Source: Torpedo marmorata (lineage: Eukaryota). Taken from it: 64,000 nt of DNA. Position numbers and translations under genes: made by a program. Of this stretch, positions 1 to 13,087 are shown in pieces. The stretch is from the NCBI GenBank assembly GCA_977017645.1, contig OZ360224.1, positions 13,826,001 through 13,890,000 of the forward strand. The letters run 5' to 3'. Position 1 is the first letter of the stretch. Each line of letters opens with the position of its first letter. Under the pieces are notes generated by a model, which did no database searches, had not been told where the DNA came from, and was given only the letters and a program-made list of their open reading frames with translations.

Positions 1-341
1 CATGTACCTGAACAAATTCTTCTTAAATGTTAAAATTGAGCCCGCATTCACCACTTCAGCTGGAAGCTCATTCCACACCCCCACCACTCTCTGTGTGAAG
101 AATTTCCCACTCATGTACCCCCTAAACTCTTCCCCTTTCACTCTTAACCCATGTCTTCTGGTTTGTATCTCACCTACCCTCAGTGGAAAAAGCCTATCTA
201 CATTTACTCTGTCTATCCCCCTCATAATTTTAAATACCTCTATCAAATCTCCCCTCATTCTTCTACGCTCCAGGCAATAAAGTCCTAACCTGTTTAACCT
301 TTCCCTGTAACTCAGTTCCTGAGGTCCGGGCAACATCCTAG

Positions 342-1020
342 TGTTATGGACCATGACTGACCATTTGGACTGCGGACGGTCAGCAGGAAGGATGAAGTCT
401 TTTGAGTACACACTGGGACCAGGTACTGAAAAAGTTAACTTGCCCAGGGCTGGCTGTGCTCAGAGAGAGAGAGAGACACACATAGAGAGAGAGACAGGCT
501 GTGGAAAGATACTTTGTTGCACATTTGCAAAAGTAGGTGCAAACCTCTGCAAAAAGCATTCAACTTGGAGTTGCAAAAGGCTGGAGCAACAACAGCAAAA
601 CCAGAGCCTTGTGCATTGCAGCTAGAAAGGCTGTGGAGAAAAGCACATGGCTTCCTTTATCAGTAAAAGACTGATATAAAGCAACTTTCATGGATAACAG
701 GCGTGAGATCCACGTACACGCCTTCATCAGTGGAACACTGATTTGAACAGCAACCCTCGTGCACCTACAAAAGGAAAGTCATCGGAAGGATATACCAGAC
801 CAAGATTCGTAGGCTTAAAGCAGTCAATGTCTCTCTCTCCAACGATCATTAAGACGTCCTTCGTGCCAACGCACAGAGCTGAATTTGGACCCTGAACATA
901 GAGAGTGACTTTTGTAGACTGTATTTTTGGGACTGAGTTATTTTTATGACTGACCTGGGGTTTTGGGGAAGGTTTTCCATTTTTACATTAGGGTTGGACA
1001 TGGGCTGTAATGGTCTGGGC

Positions 1021-1063
<43 letters not shown>

Positions 1064-1206
1064 TAGATAAGAATAGTGTTTATAGACGTTTATAGTGGGG
1101 TTGATTGTTGTGAAATTATATGTTTAATTGTCGTTAATAAATATAAATTTCAATTTTGCCCCTTTTGCATTGTGTCTTCTGTCGTTGCTGGTTTGAGTTT
1201 GTAACA
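342..1206 (+). mobile_element. Solo LTR related to the Gmr1-like Gypsy at 44436-50349
   Basis: TGTTA...TAACA termini; 4-bp TSD CTAG (338-341, 1207-1210); both ends match the reverse complement of the 888-bp Gypsy LTR; contains (AG)n and (CA)n. Confidence 0.92.
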
Positions 1207-1375
1207 CTAGTAAATCTTCTCTGCACTCTTTCTATCTTATTGATATCTTTACTGTCGTTTGGTGACAAAAACTGCACACAATACTCCAAATTCGGCCTCA
1301 CCAATGTCTTACACAACTTTAACATAACATCCCAACTCCTGTACTCAATACTTTGATTTCTGAAGGCCAATATGC

Positions 1376-3764
1376 TGTGTTTCACAGTGGCCGACTTGAG
1401 GAGAGTGTTAAGCAAGGTTAACCCACAGAAAGCTGCTGGGCCAGATAACATTCCCAGCAGAGTGCTCAGGGGATGTGCGGCCCAGCTGGCTGATGTTCTC
1501 ACCGACATCTTTAACCTCTCCCTGACCAGTGCCGTGGTATCAATGTGCTTCAAAGCCGCTACCATCATCCCCATGCCGAAGAACTCAACGCTGTCCTGCC
1601 TCAATGACTACCGGCCTGTCGCACTCACATCTACCGTCATGAAGTGCTTCGAGAGGCTCGTCATGAGGCACATCAAGCTTCTGCTGCCCCCCTCACTGGA
1701 CCCCCTGCAGTTCACATATAGATCAAACAGCTCCACAGATGATGCCATCATTACCACCCTCCACCTAGCCCTCACCCACCTGGAAAATAAGGACACGTAT
1801 GTTCGAATGCTGTTTATTAACTTCAGCTCGGCATTCAACTCTCCCTAAGATGGCGGCGCTGCCGGAGCCGCTGTAACGGCAGCGCTGCCGCTGGTGCGGA
1901 CCTGCGAGGAGCATGGGAGCAGAGATACAGCGCTCCCGCGGGGTCCAGCCGCCCAGTCGACTGCCGTCGGTTCCGCACGGGCTTTGAACGGCCCGTTAAA
2001 GGAGCCGACAGTGGTTATATATGAGATCTCGCGACTGCGGGGTCTGCGCCCAAGATGGCAGCGCCTTTTACTCGGCAGCAGCCACGAGGGGCTGAGACTC
2101 CGGGGAAGTGGGGGACTGGAGCAGGGCACCAGTGGACGGGAAGATCACCCCCGTCTGAGAAGGAGAAGCGGAGGAGACGACCCACGGGACGGTGAGCACA
2201 GCGGCGGACCGGTGAGGGGCTCTGAGGCTGAAGGACCAGTGCATGCGGCGGGCTGCTGGCGACTCAAGGCGAGGAACCCACGGAGGCTGTGGGCTGCTGG
2301 AGACTGCTGTCGGGGGACTCACGACGGGCTGCGGACTGCTGGAGGTTGGCTCAAACTGGCTGGAGGAGTACCAGGTATCGGAACCGGGATGTGAGGGGGT
2401 GCCGAGGGTGACCTGACCGTGTTGGAGGTTCGGATCTGGAGCTCGGGATGCCGATCGTTCGGACTGGACTCTGTGTGGCTGCGGAAGCGCTGGAGGCGAA
2501 TCTATGGACACTCGGTGACTCTGGGGGGACTCTCTTTTGCTTCTCTTTCTCTGACTGTAAGGAATGTTAGAGGCGCTTAGGCAATTTCTGCCGATGGCGA
2601 ATCTGTCTGCCTTGCAGCAGGCAAAAAGAAATTTCGTGGTATATGACACTGTCTTATTGCTGGGACAATAAATTGAATCTTGAATCTTGAATCTTGAATC
2701 TTGAATCATACCTCAGTATCTGATAGGGAAGTTGAGGGGGCTGGGCCTAAACTACACCCTCTGTAATTGGATCCTAGACTTACTGACAGGAAGACCTCAG
2801 GCAGCCCGGATTGGAAACAGCACTTCTAAGGTCATTACATTGAGCACGGGGGCTCCCCAGGGCTGTGTGCTTAGTCCATTGCTGTTCACCCTGCTGACTC
2901 ATGACTGTGCAGCAAAACACAGATCGAATCACATCATAAAGTTCGTTGATGATACAACCGTGGTGGGCCTTATCAGTTAGAATGATGAGTCAGCATATAG
3001 AGATGAGGTGCAGTCGCTAATGGAATGGTGCGGAAACAACAACCTGCAGCTGAACGTAAACAAAACAAAAGAGTTGGTTGTTGACTTCAGAAGGGCCTGG
3101 GGGATCATTCTCCTTTGACCATGGACGGCTCTACCGTTGAGGTCGTAAAGAGTACCAAGTTTCTTGGAGTGCACTTGGCGGAGAGTCTCAGCTGATCCCT
3201 AAACACCAGTTCCATAGTCAAGAAAGCCCAGCAGCGTCTTTACTTCCTGCGAAGACTGAGAAAAGTCCATCTCCCACCCCCTATCCTTACTACATTCTAC
3301 AGGGGATGCATTGAGAGTATTCTGAGCAATTGCATCACCGCTTGGTTTGGTAACTGTACCACCTCGGGCCGAAAGACCCTGCAGAGGATAGTGAGGGCAG
3401 CGGAGAAAATTATTGGAGTCTCTCTCCCCACCATGACGGACATCTACAACACACGATGCATGAGGAAGGCTAAAAACATTGTGAAGGACTTCTCACACCC
3501 CTTTGGTAAACTGTTTTCCCCTTTGCCATCTGGAAGGAGGTACTGAAGCACTTGGGCTCGTACGTCCAGACTGTGCAACAGTTTTTTCCCCCAAGCCATC
3601 AGGCTCCTCAATTCCTAGATATATATGTGTATTAGCATGCTATAGTTTTTTCTATTGTATTATGATATTTATGTACATCTGCCCATGGTCCTGGAGAAAC
3701 GCTATCTCGGCTTACTGTATATATGGTAATGAACGACAAATAAAGGTGACTTGACTTGACTTGA
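1376..3764 (+). mobile_element. 5'-truncated Rex1/Babar-clade LINE (RT region), interrupted at about 1840-2707
   Basis: [43 protein letters not shown] motifs; AATAAA followed by a (CTTGA)n tail at about 3749-3764. Confidence 0.9.
1847..2707 (+). mobile_element. GC-rich non-autonomous retroelement with Rex1-type 3' tail, copy 1
   Basis: Starts AAGATGGCGGC and ends ACAATAAA(TTGAATC)n; interrupts a Rex1 RT at SSAFN|IPQ; near-identical copy at 61963-62799. Confidence 0.85.
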
Positions 3765-6078
3765 CAACCCTATCCACGTGTGATGCCACTTTCAGGGAAT
3801 TATGTATCTGTATTTCCAGATCCATCTGTTCTACCGCACTCCTCAGTGCCCTACCATTTACTGTGTATGTCCTTTCTTGGTTTGTCTTTCCAAAATGCAA
3901 CACCTCACACTTGTCTGCATTAAATTCCATCTGCCATTTTTCAGCCCATTTTTCCAGCTGGTCCAGATCCCTCTGCAAGCTTTGAAAACCTTGTTCGCTG
4001 TCCACAACACCTCCAATCTTAGTGTCATCTGCAAACTTGCTGATCCAATTTACCACATTATCATCCAGATCATTGATATAGATGACAAACAACAAAGGTC
4101 CCAGCACTGATCCCTGAGGCACACCACTAGTCACAGGCCTCCAGTTTGAGAAGCAATCATCCACCACTATTATTTGGCTTCTCCTGTCCAGCCATCGTCG
4201 AATCCAGTTCACTACTTCACCATGAATACCTAGCGTCTGAACCTTCCTGACTAACCTCCCATGCGGGACCTTTTCAAAGGTCTTACTAAAGTCCATGTAG
4301 ACAACATCCACAGCCTTTCCTTCGTCAACTTTCCTGGTAACCTCCTCGAAAAACTCTATAAGATTGGTTAAACACGACCTACCATGCACAAAGCCATGTT
4401 GACTATCCCTAATCAGTCCATGGCTATCCAATTAATTGTATATCCGATCTCTTAGAACACCTTCCAATAATTTACCTCAGGCTCACTGGCCTATAATTTC
4501 CAGGGTTACTTTTGGAGCCTTTTTTGAACAAAGTGAGCTACCCTCCAATCCTCTGGCACCACACCCGTGGCTAAGGACATTTTAAATATTTCTGCCAGAG
4601 CCCCTGCAATTTCAACACTAGCCTCCCTCAAGGTCCGAGGGAATATCTTGTCAGGCCCTGGGGATTTATCCACCCTTATTTGCTTTAAGACAGCAAGCAC
4701 TTCCTCCTCTTTAAGCTGTATAGGTTCCATGACCTCACTGCTTGTTTTCCTTACTTCCCACGACTCTGTGCCGCTTTCCTGAGTGAATACTGATGAAAAT
4801 AAACATTTAAGACCTCTCCCATCTCTCTTGGCTCCATACAAAGCTGACCACTCTGATCTTCAAGGGGACCAATTTTGTCCCTTACTATCCTTTTTCTCTT
4901 AATATACCTGTAGAAACACTTAGGATTTTCCTTCACATTGTCTGCCAAAGCAACCTCATGTCTTCGTTTAGCCTTCCTGATTTCTTTCTTGAGTTTTTCT
5001 TGCATTTTTTATACTCCTCAAGTACCTCATTTGCTCCATGTTGCCTATACCTGTTATACACCTCTCTCTTCTTCTGAACCAGATCCCCAATATCCCTCGA
5101 AAACCAAGGTTCCCTATGCCTTCTAACCTTGCCTTTGATCCTGACAGGAACATACAAACTCTGTACTCTCAAAATGTCACCTTTGAATGTCCTCCACTTA
5201 CCTCGCACATCCTTGCCTGAAATCAATTTATCCCAATCCACGCATTCTAGATCCTTTCTCATTTCCTCAAAATTGGCCTTTCTCCAATTTATAATCTCAA
5301 CCCAAGGCCCAGACCTATCCTTCTCCATAATTAACTTGAAATTAATGGCATTATGATCACTGGGCCCAAAATGTTCCCTACACATACCTCTGTCACCTGT
5401 CCTGTCTCTTTCCCTAATAGGAGATCCAGTATTGCACACTCTCTAGTTGGTACCTCTATATATTGATTTAGAAAACTTTCCTGAACACATTTCACAAACT
5501 CCAAGCCATCCAGTCCCAGTCAATATGTGAACAATTAAAATCTCCTACCATCACAACCTTATGTTTCCTGCAGCTGTCTGATATCTCTCTACAGAATTTC
5601 TCCTCCAATTCTCGCTGACTATTGGGCGCTCTATAATACAAACCCATGAGTGTGGTCATACCTTTCCCGTTCCTCAGCTCCACCCATATAGCCTCAGTAG
5701 ACGAGCCCTCTGGTCTGTCCTGCCTGAGCACAGCTGTGGTATTTTCCCTGACAACCAATGCCACTCCTCCACCTTTCATCACCCCCGTTCTATCACGATA
5801 AAAAGAACGGAAGCCCGGAACATTGAGCTGCCAGTCCTGCCCCTCCTGCAACCAAGTTTCACTAATGGCCACAATGTCATAATTCCACGTGCCAATCCAT
5901 GGTCTAAGCTCGCCTGCCTTTCCTACAATACTCCTTGCATTGAAATAGATGCTCCTGAGAACATTTACACCACATTCAACCCGTTGACTCCTAACGGTGC
6001 ATGCAATTTTAACATAATCTTTTCTCTCGTCCACTCCTCTATCGGCTCTGGCACTCTGGATCCCCTCCCCCTGCAAAT

Positions 6079-7006
6079 CTAGTTTAAACCCACCGGAGCA
6101 GCACTAGCAAACCTACCCGCAAGGATATTAGTCCCCCTCCAGTTCAGATGCAAACTGTCCTGTTGGAACTGGTCCCACCTTCCCTGGAAGAGAGTCCAAT
6201 GATCCAGAAACCTGAAGCCCTCCCTCCTACACCATGTCTTTAGCCACGTGTTAAGCTGCATTATCCTCCTATTTCTAACCTCACTAGCACGTGGCACGTG
6301 TAGCAATCCTGAGATCACTACCCTGGAGGTCCTGTCCTTCAACCTTGCGCCTAACTCGCTGAACACTCCTTGCAGAACCTCCTCACCCTTCCTACCCACG
6401 TCATTGGTCCCTACATGGACCACGACATCTGGCTACTCACCCTCCCTCCTGAGAATGCTGTGAACTCAATCTGAGATATCTCGGACCCTGGCACCAGGGA
6501 GACAACATACCATCCAGGATACTCGATCTCTTCCACAGAACCTCTTATCTGTCGGCCTAACTATGGAATCCCCTATCACTGCAGCTCGCCTCTTCTCCTC
6601 CCTTTCCTCTTAGCCACAGGACCAGACTCCGTGTCAGAGACTTGATCTCCGTGGCTTGTCCCTGGTAGGTCCCCCCCCCATCAGTATCCAAAATGGTATA
6701 CTTGTTATTGAGGGGAACGGCCACAGGGGTGCCCTGCACTGCCTGCCTGTTCCCTTTCCCTCTCCTGACTGTCACCCATCTACCCTCCTCCTGCATGTGA
6801 TGGTATCCCTGTAACTCCTGTCTATCACCCCCTCTGCCTCCCGAATGATCCGGAGTTCATCCAACTCCAGCTCCAATTCCTTAACTCGGCTTGTCAGGAG
6901 CTGCAGCTGGATGCACTTCTCGCAGATGAAGTCGTCAGGGATACTGCTGGCTAAATCTGATGACCCACATTTTGCAAGAGGATCATTCCCCTGCCTTGGC
7001 TGCCAT
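6079..7006 (-). pseudogene. CR1 ORF1 (Zn-finger/leucine zipper + esterase), frameshifted
   Basis: ATG at 7006; PDDFICEKCIQLQLL..VKELELELDELRII motif; GTND and DxLH esterase motifs. Confidence 0.8.
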
Positions 7007-7467
7007 TCCCACTGTCTATGACTAGATGAACAAAATATATGATATCTAAAAAATCCTGCCCTAACCTGTGCCTACCTGCTGAATCCTTTTTGTTCCTCGA
7101 ATAGGGTGGCCCTTTCTGACTTCAACTCCGACTATTCCTCGCCTCTTACCTGTTCTCACCGAAGCCTGTTGAGCCAAAGCCTTACTACTCTGACTCAGCC
7201 CACTCCGACGATGACCGCTCCCCCCTCTGTCTTCAACTGTTGAACTCGATTGCCCAATCAACTGCTATCTGCTGAGTCTGCCTTTTTCAACCCCTTTGTC
7301 TTCAACTGTTCAACTTCATTGCCCAATCTGTACTGTAGGACTCTAGGACTCTAAGTGGAGAAACCTATGGAGACAAAACAGTGTAAGTCAGTCAGCATGG
7401 AAATAGTGACCAATTTTAACTAGGTTTAGGCTTGGCAGGTTGGAGGTTAAGAGTTGTCACTGGATCA

Positions 7468-7609
7468 AGTAGTAGGGGTGGGTTGGTTAGGGAGGGGAAA
7501 GGGAGGGAGAGGAGGGTGAAAATATATCACATGTATTCTGATAATTTTACATTTTATAAACATGTATTATCGTGTGATTTAAAATTTTAAATAAAATATT
7601 TTTAAAAAA
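7468..7609 (+). mobile_element. L1/Tx1-clade 3' UTR fragment
   Basis: G-rich tract plus AATAAA/poly-A, matching 51270-51403; TSD AAGAG(T/A-variant)GTCACTGG on both sides (about 7450 and 7610). Confidence 0.8.
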
Positions 7610-8586
7610 AAGAGTAGTCACTGGTCCATGTTTCGTACATGGGGACACATTTTAACCCCAAGATCCAAGTTAAATGTTGGTAATCCACTTGCTTCCAGAG
7701 CAGGTAAAAGTGCAATCCATTCCTGCCCACATGGGAATTTTGTGACAGGCTGTGAACTTCTTCCACTATCTAACCAATTGCTGGCCTACTTCTGCCTGGC
7801 AGGAAGATTGCAGAGTAATTGGGATCCAATTGATGTCAGTGGATCCAAAATAACATTTATGCAAAGGGATCTTATCAGTTATAAATAAATCCTCTCTATT
7901 TTAACTGCTTACTTTTTCCATTTCCACCCAAATTCAAGGTAGTGTTTCTATTCATCTTAAAAATGTCATTGTAAATGAGACCACTTAAATGTCTTTTTGT
8001 TTAATGTCTGGATTTAAGTCAGGTTCAACTTGGGTAACAGATGCACACAATCCACAAATGAGATTATTTTACTTTAGTATTTAGTCATCTTGCTGAGAGA
8101 CATGACAGCACAACATCATCCCAACAATTTTGTGGAAAAGAGGATGTAAATGTCAAACATGCAACAGACTAATCACATCGCCATAGGAACATAAACATCA
8201 CAGGCAGAAGAAAGGAATTCTCTTGCTATAATACAACAATGGCTAAACTCCCAGACTGCTAGATGCAGAATCAATGACAAGATGATAAACAATTCTTGGC
8301 CATTTGGATACTGAAACAAAGGCTTTTGACAGCATACACAATGCAGAACAGCCCCATAGACTATTTCAAAAGCAAAAGCAGTGGGAAATTTAACCTTAAA
8401 GTAAATAAAAAAGTTCTGATCTCCATTTTGCTGGAGTATTGACAGGATTTGTTGTCAGTGAAGGTAACTTTTAACTCAGGTACTGTGTGAAAATACTTGA
8501 TATACTTGAGTCTTCCTCAGGGATGAGCAGTATATAGTATAACATTGTTACAGTACCTATGTTCTCATATCACAACAAGGAGAACA

Positions 8587-8705
8587 GATTCAAGATTCAA
8601 GATTCAATTTATTGTCATAGTAATAAGACAGTGTCATATTCCATGAAATTTCTTTTTGCCTGCTGCAAGGCAGACAGATTTGCCACCGGCAGAAATTGCC
8701 TAAGC
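8587..8705 (-). mobile_element. 5'-truncated copy 3 of the GC-rich non-autonomous element (tail only)
   Basis: Reverse complement of about 2575-2700, including the (TTGAATC)n tail. Confidence 0.85.
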
Positions 8706-8757
8706 AACAAATGTTTACCCTGATATAAAAGCAGAAAATGCTGACAATACAGTGCAG

Positions 8758-9008
8758 GCCACAAGCACCAATAGCCTGAATACGACTGGGATTGTCTGAT
8801 CTTGGAAGCTAAGCAGGCACAGGACTGGTCAGTACTTGGAGGGGAGACCGCCAAGGAACACCAGGTACTGTAGGTTTCTGTGAGGGGCGCTGGACAAAAT
8901 AGCGACCCTCTGTCTGCCTTACGGTAGACAAAAAATAAAGAATTTCATGTATGTTACATTCTAAATGTAGTATTACGTGACAATAATGGAACCTTTACCT
9001 TTACCTTT
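8758..9008 (+). mobile_element. 5S rRNA-derived SINE (SINE3 type) with Rex1-like tail
   Basis: 8758-8877 aligns to 5S rRNA (GTCTGATCTTGGAAGCTAAGCAGG..TGGTCAGTACTTGGA.GGGAGACCGCC..GGAA.ACC.GGT.CTGTAGG.TT). It is followed by TCTGTCTGCCTT..AAGAATTTCATG..TGACAATAA and (CCTTTA)n. Confidence 0.85.
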
Positions 9009-9270
9009 ATTACAGCCTTCTAGAATCAATATTGAGTTCTTTAACTTTAGGTTGGGGACACATCTTTTCTGCCACTGATGCTGCTTAACCAGCTGAGTCC
9101 TTCTAGCAGATTGTATTGTTGACTTGGATCTTTGTCCATATCAGTCATCCATCTGACATTGATTCAGTTTATTGTTTTTTCTCCTCTCTTTCTTTGGCAG
9201 TGGTGGACATTGCCAGAATGACCTGTTGGGCACAGTTTCCTGCTCTGCATTTTGCAAGTCCTATACTATT

Positions 9271-9691
9271 TTGCTCTCAGAACAAGAGTAAACTCCAGAG
9301 GGTTGTTAACTCGGCCTGTGACATCACAGGCACCAAACTTCACTCCATCGAGGACATCTACATAAGGCGGTGTCTTAAAAAAGCAGCCTCTATCCTCAAA
9401 GACCCCCACCACCCAGGCCATGCCCTCTTCACTCTGCTTCCATCGGGAAAAAGGTACAGGAGCCTAAAGACGAGCACTCAACGGCACAAGGACAGCTTCT
9501 TCCCCGCTGCCATCAGATTCCTGAATAATCAATGAACCAAAGACACTGCCTTACTTTTCGTGCACTATTATTTATAACTTTTTATAGTAATGTCGTTAGA
9601 TGGTTAATATGAATGTTAATTGCACTATGATGCTGCCGCAAAACACCGAATTTCATGACTTGTTCATGACAATAAATTCTGATTCTGATTC
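9271..9691 (+). mobile_element. Rex1 LINE 3' fragment
   Basis: [34 protein letters not shown]-terminus; (TTCTGA)n tail. Confidence 0.88.
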
Positions 9692-9699
9692 TCACTCTC

Positions 9700-9945
9700 C
9701 AACGACACCGATTCACTCATTGACCAGATGCAGCTTGCTCACCCCAGGTTCACCCTATCAGACAAATTATGCTACCCCACCCTCCCTGCAGCTGAAAGAA
9801 ATTGTTTTCTCTTCTTCCCGGTTCTGACGAAGGGCCTTCAACCAGAAACAATGACTCTGTGTCTCTTCCCACAGATGTGGTGACCTGCTGAATATTTCCA
9901 GCATTATCTGTTTTTTAAAATTTCATATTTTTAGCATCCACACTT
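9700..9945 (+). mobile_element. Penelope-like terminal relic with degenerate hammerhead core
   Basis: CTGACGA-agggccttcaacca-GAAAC, followed by the GACCTGCTGA..TCCAGCA motif shared with 55809-55958. Confidence 0.5.
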
Positions 9946-10469
9946 TTTTAAATTAATATTTACCCTGATGTTTTACTGACTCCTGTGCTTCACAATGATT
10001 CAATTTTCTTTTATATTGAAGCTTTGTGGTTTTGAGTGCATATAAAACAACATTAACCTAGAGCCAATTCCTGAATGCAGTATGGTGTTCCCATTCTATG
10101 CATCCCCCTGTTTCACCAATACTAGATTTGACTGTAGGAATCATGGGAACTCAGTCTCGATTCATTTACGTTTTTTTTAGATAATGAGTACTCCTTTCTG
10201 AGCTCTTGAAATCATATAAAAAAACTATTCACCAGGGAGTAGCATAGCAACCGATCTCATGATTGGCAGAAGAATTCAAAAAATCTAATTTTTTTCCTTT
10301 CAACAAAAGCGAATTATGGTAACTTAATGAGTGGTGGACTGATATGAAAGTGGAAAATACTCAGTAAAAGTTATGCTCTTGCCTTTGCAACAGACAACGG
10401 TAAATTTTGAAGATTCACTTCAGTTGTCCTGGGTATGAAATCTATGGGGGGGGGGTGTCCCTACACACA

Positions 10470-10660
10470 ATTGAAGGAATTCTGCACTGTTAAGAGGACC
10501 ATTTGTCAGATGAATTATTAAATCAAGAACCATCTGTCTTTATATGTGGAGATAACAATACTAAGCCACAATTTCAAAATAAGGTAGGGGAGTTATTCCT
10601 GGTGTCCTGGCTCATATCTACCTCCCAGACATCACTCAAAAACACATTAATCTGGATTTT
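10470..10660 (+). mobile_element. Old DeuSINE (SacSINE1-like) relic
   Basis: Resembles the recalled Deu-domain (CTGCACTGT..CAGATGA..TTAAA..GGGGAGTT..CCTGGTGTCCTGGC..CATCACT). Similar relics lie at about 12530-12620 (+) and 35600-35860 (-). Confidence 0.5.
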
Positions 10661-10951
10661 TTTGGTAAATGCCAACAAATACGGAAGTTCCATTTATTGA
10701 AAGCAAAAAAAGTACCAATTGTTGGCATCTTATCTTTCTCTGAGCATCAGAGCTAGCATTGGATCTTGCTTAGTTACCCACTATTTACCTCACTGAATTA
10801 GATCTCAGAGTTTGTGATGTAACACCTGTTGCAGGATATTCAAGGCCTTTTGATTTCATGAAAGATTATAGGGCTGTAGACCAGAAGGGTAAGAAGGTAA
10901 GTTCCTGATTTGTGTTCTCATATTTTGTTTCATTTACTTAAAAGTGCTCTT

Positions 10952-12286
10952 CCTTTTTTTTTGTGAATATTTTTATTTAAAATATTTTGTTCATACATGC
11001 ATAATTTGTATAATACATAATAAAATATCAATTCATTATTATTACATTATGTATACATGATGGCTAAATCCTGACCCCCCTCTCCCCCTCCCCCAAACCA
11101 AAACCCCAGAAAGGAAGAAAGAAAAGAAAGGAAAAGAAATAAAAGAAAAGTATGAAGAAAGATAAAGTAACCTGGATGGTAAGAAGTCGCCACCTACAAC
11201 CCGGTTTTAATTAGTTACTTTTTTAAAATCCTAATTCACTCAAGGAAATTAACGAGGAACTCGGGGTGGAGAAATCTATTAATTTATTCCTACAATTTGT
11301 AAATATGGGCATCAAATTTTCAAAAATACATCATATTTGTTTCTTAAATTATAGGTAAACTTCTCAAGTGGGATACAACTACACATTTCTGTATTCCACC
11401 GCTCCATACCCAAATGGGAGTCTGATTTCCAAGTTACTACTATACATTTTTTTGCTACTGCTAATGCGATATTAAAGAATTCTTTTTGATACATATTTAA
11501 TTTAAATTTGGGTCTTATCCCCTCAATATTACCTAATAAAAACAACGTTGGATCTTGTGGAAATTTAGTTCCCATAATCTGCTCTAAAAAGATTTTTAAG
11601 TCTATCCAAAAAGATCTTACTTTAGGGCAAGACCAAGTTGAATGTAGAAAAGTTCCTATTTCCTGATTACATCTAAAACATTGATCTGATAAGTCTGATT
11701 TTAACCTTTTCGATTTCTGTGGTGTAATATATAATTGGTGTAAGAAATTATATTGAACCAATCTATACCTAACATTTATTGTATTTGTCATACTATCTCG
11801 ACATAACTCTGACCAATTTCGTTCATAAATATTAATATTCAAATCCATCTCCCATCTTTGTCTAGACCTATGAATCCTTTTTTTTAAAGTTCCTTTTTGT
11901 AGTAAGGTATACATAGCTGAAGTAAATTTCTTTATGCATCTATTCAGAATCAAAATTTCAATATCATTAGGTTTCAGCAATAGCATTGTTGGGCCTAGTT
12001 TATCTCCTGAATATGCTCTTAACTGATAATAACAAAAAAGTGTATTATTTTGTATTCCGTATTTATTTCTTAATTGTTCAAATGACATTAATTTATCCCC
12101 TTCATAACAATCTTCTATATATCTAATTGCTTTACGAGACCATATATTTAAAAGTTGATTATCCATTGTAAAAGGAATAAGTTGATTTTGGATTAAAGAC
12201 ATTTTTGATAACAGAGGTCCCCTCGTTTCATCATCAATGTTTATCTTATTCCAAATATTAATCAAATGTTTCAACATTTGTTTAGT
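10952..12286 (-). mobile_element. 5'-truncated L1/Tx1-clade LINE (ORF2 C-terminus with CCHC knuckle + 3' UTR)
   Basis: ORF 11312-12277 with CFRC..GTFLHSTWSC; poly-A tail; TSD GTGCTCTT at 10944-10951 and 12287-12294. Confidence 0.88.
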
Positions 12287-13087
12287 GTGCTCTTAAACAC
12301 TTTTGATTTGTTTTAAATCTTGATGCTTTTTTCTATCTGATAATTTTTAAATGTTTCTAAATGTCTTTCAAGGACAGTCACTGCTCAGGGCCCTGCTTCT
12401 GGCCCCCTTGGCTGCTTTAAATGAGCAGCTATGTCCTCATTATTGGGATTAGGTAAGATGTGGAAATCAGTGACTGGGGCAGCAGCCTAAGGAAGGAAAA
12501 CTGAGCCATGATCCTTTCTCTATCACCTCACTGTTTCTGGGATCTCACTGTGTCCCAATCAGCCACCTTGCATCCACATTTCCCATGTTAAAACACTTAA
12601 TTTACTTTTAAAAAGGGAATTGTGCTTAAGATCATCTGGAGATTGTGAAATACTTCCTTTTTAATAATGTAGTGAATGGCTTGTTTTTTTACACAAAACA
12701 TGGTCTTTAGTTAGAATACTGTGTGGATGTTTTAGTCATTATGCAGTGTTTATTTTCAACACATTAAATAGATCCATAAGTGGAAAAGAAACAATGTGTT
12801 CATGTTGAATCCAACCTTCCAACAATTAACTTGCTAATTGATGGTTGCTATGGGTACTGCTGACTTTCCTCACTGCCAGTGTAATCTCTAATAAATGTGT
12901 TGCCCAACTTTTCCATTTTTGTTTTGGCTGCAAAATAGAAGCACAGTGGCAAGTGATGAATACCACATTGAAGCATGTTTATCTTAATGAGAAAGTTCAA
13001 GTGACAAACTAATGAATTGGCCGAAGCAAAGAAAACACCACTTATCATCCTCGGACAACTGGGTTTAAATTCAGTGCATGGAGAAAT

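Larger units (their letters stand above)
1..7340 (-). mobile_element. CR1-clade LINE, near full length and disrupted; interrupted by a solo LTR (342-1206) and a Rex1 LINE (1376-3764)
   Basis: Minus-strand ORF pieces occur in CR1 order: ORF1 SGNH esterase (VHVGTND..DSLHLN, 6079-6423), APE endonuclease (FNARS, ISETW, GDFN, 5492-6076), RT ([16 protein letters not shown], 3712-4431) and C-terminus (1-341, 1207-1375). The 3' end runs off the window and the 5' boundary is approximate. Confidence 0.93.

Noticed and set aside
8758-8877. Functional 5S rRNA gene
   Set aside because: Many substitutions, single copy, no T4 terminator, and fused to a retroposon tail.
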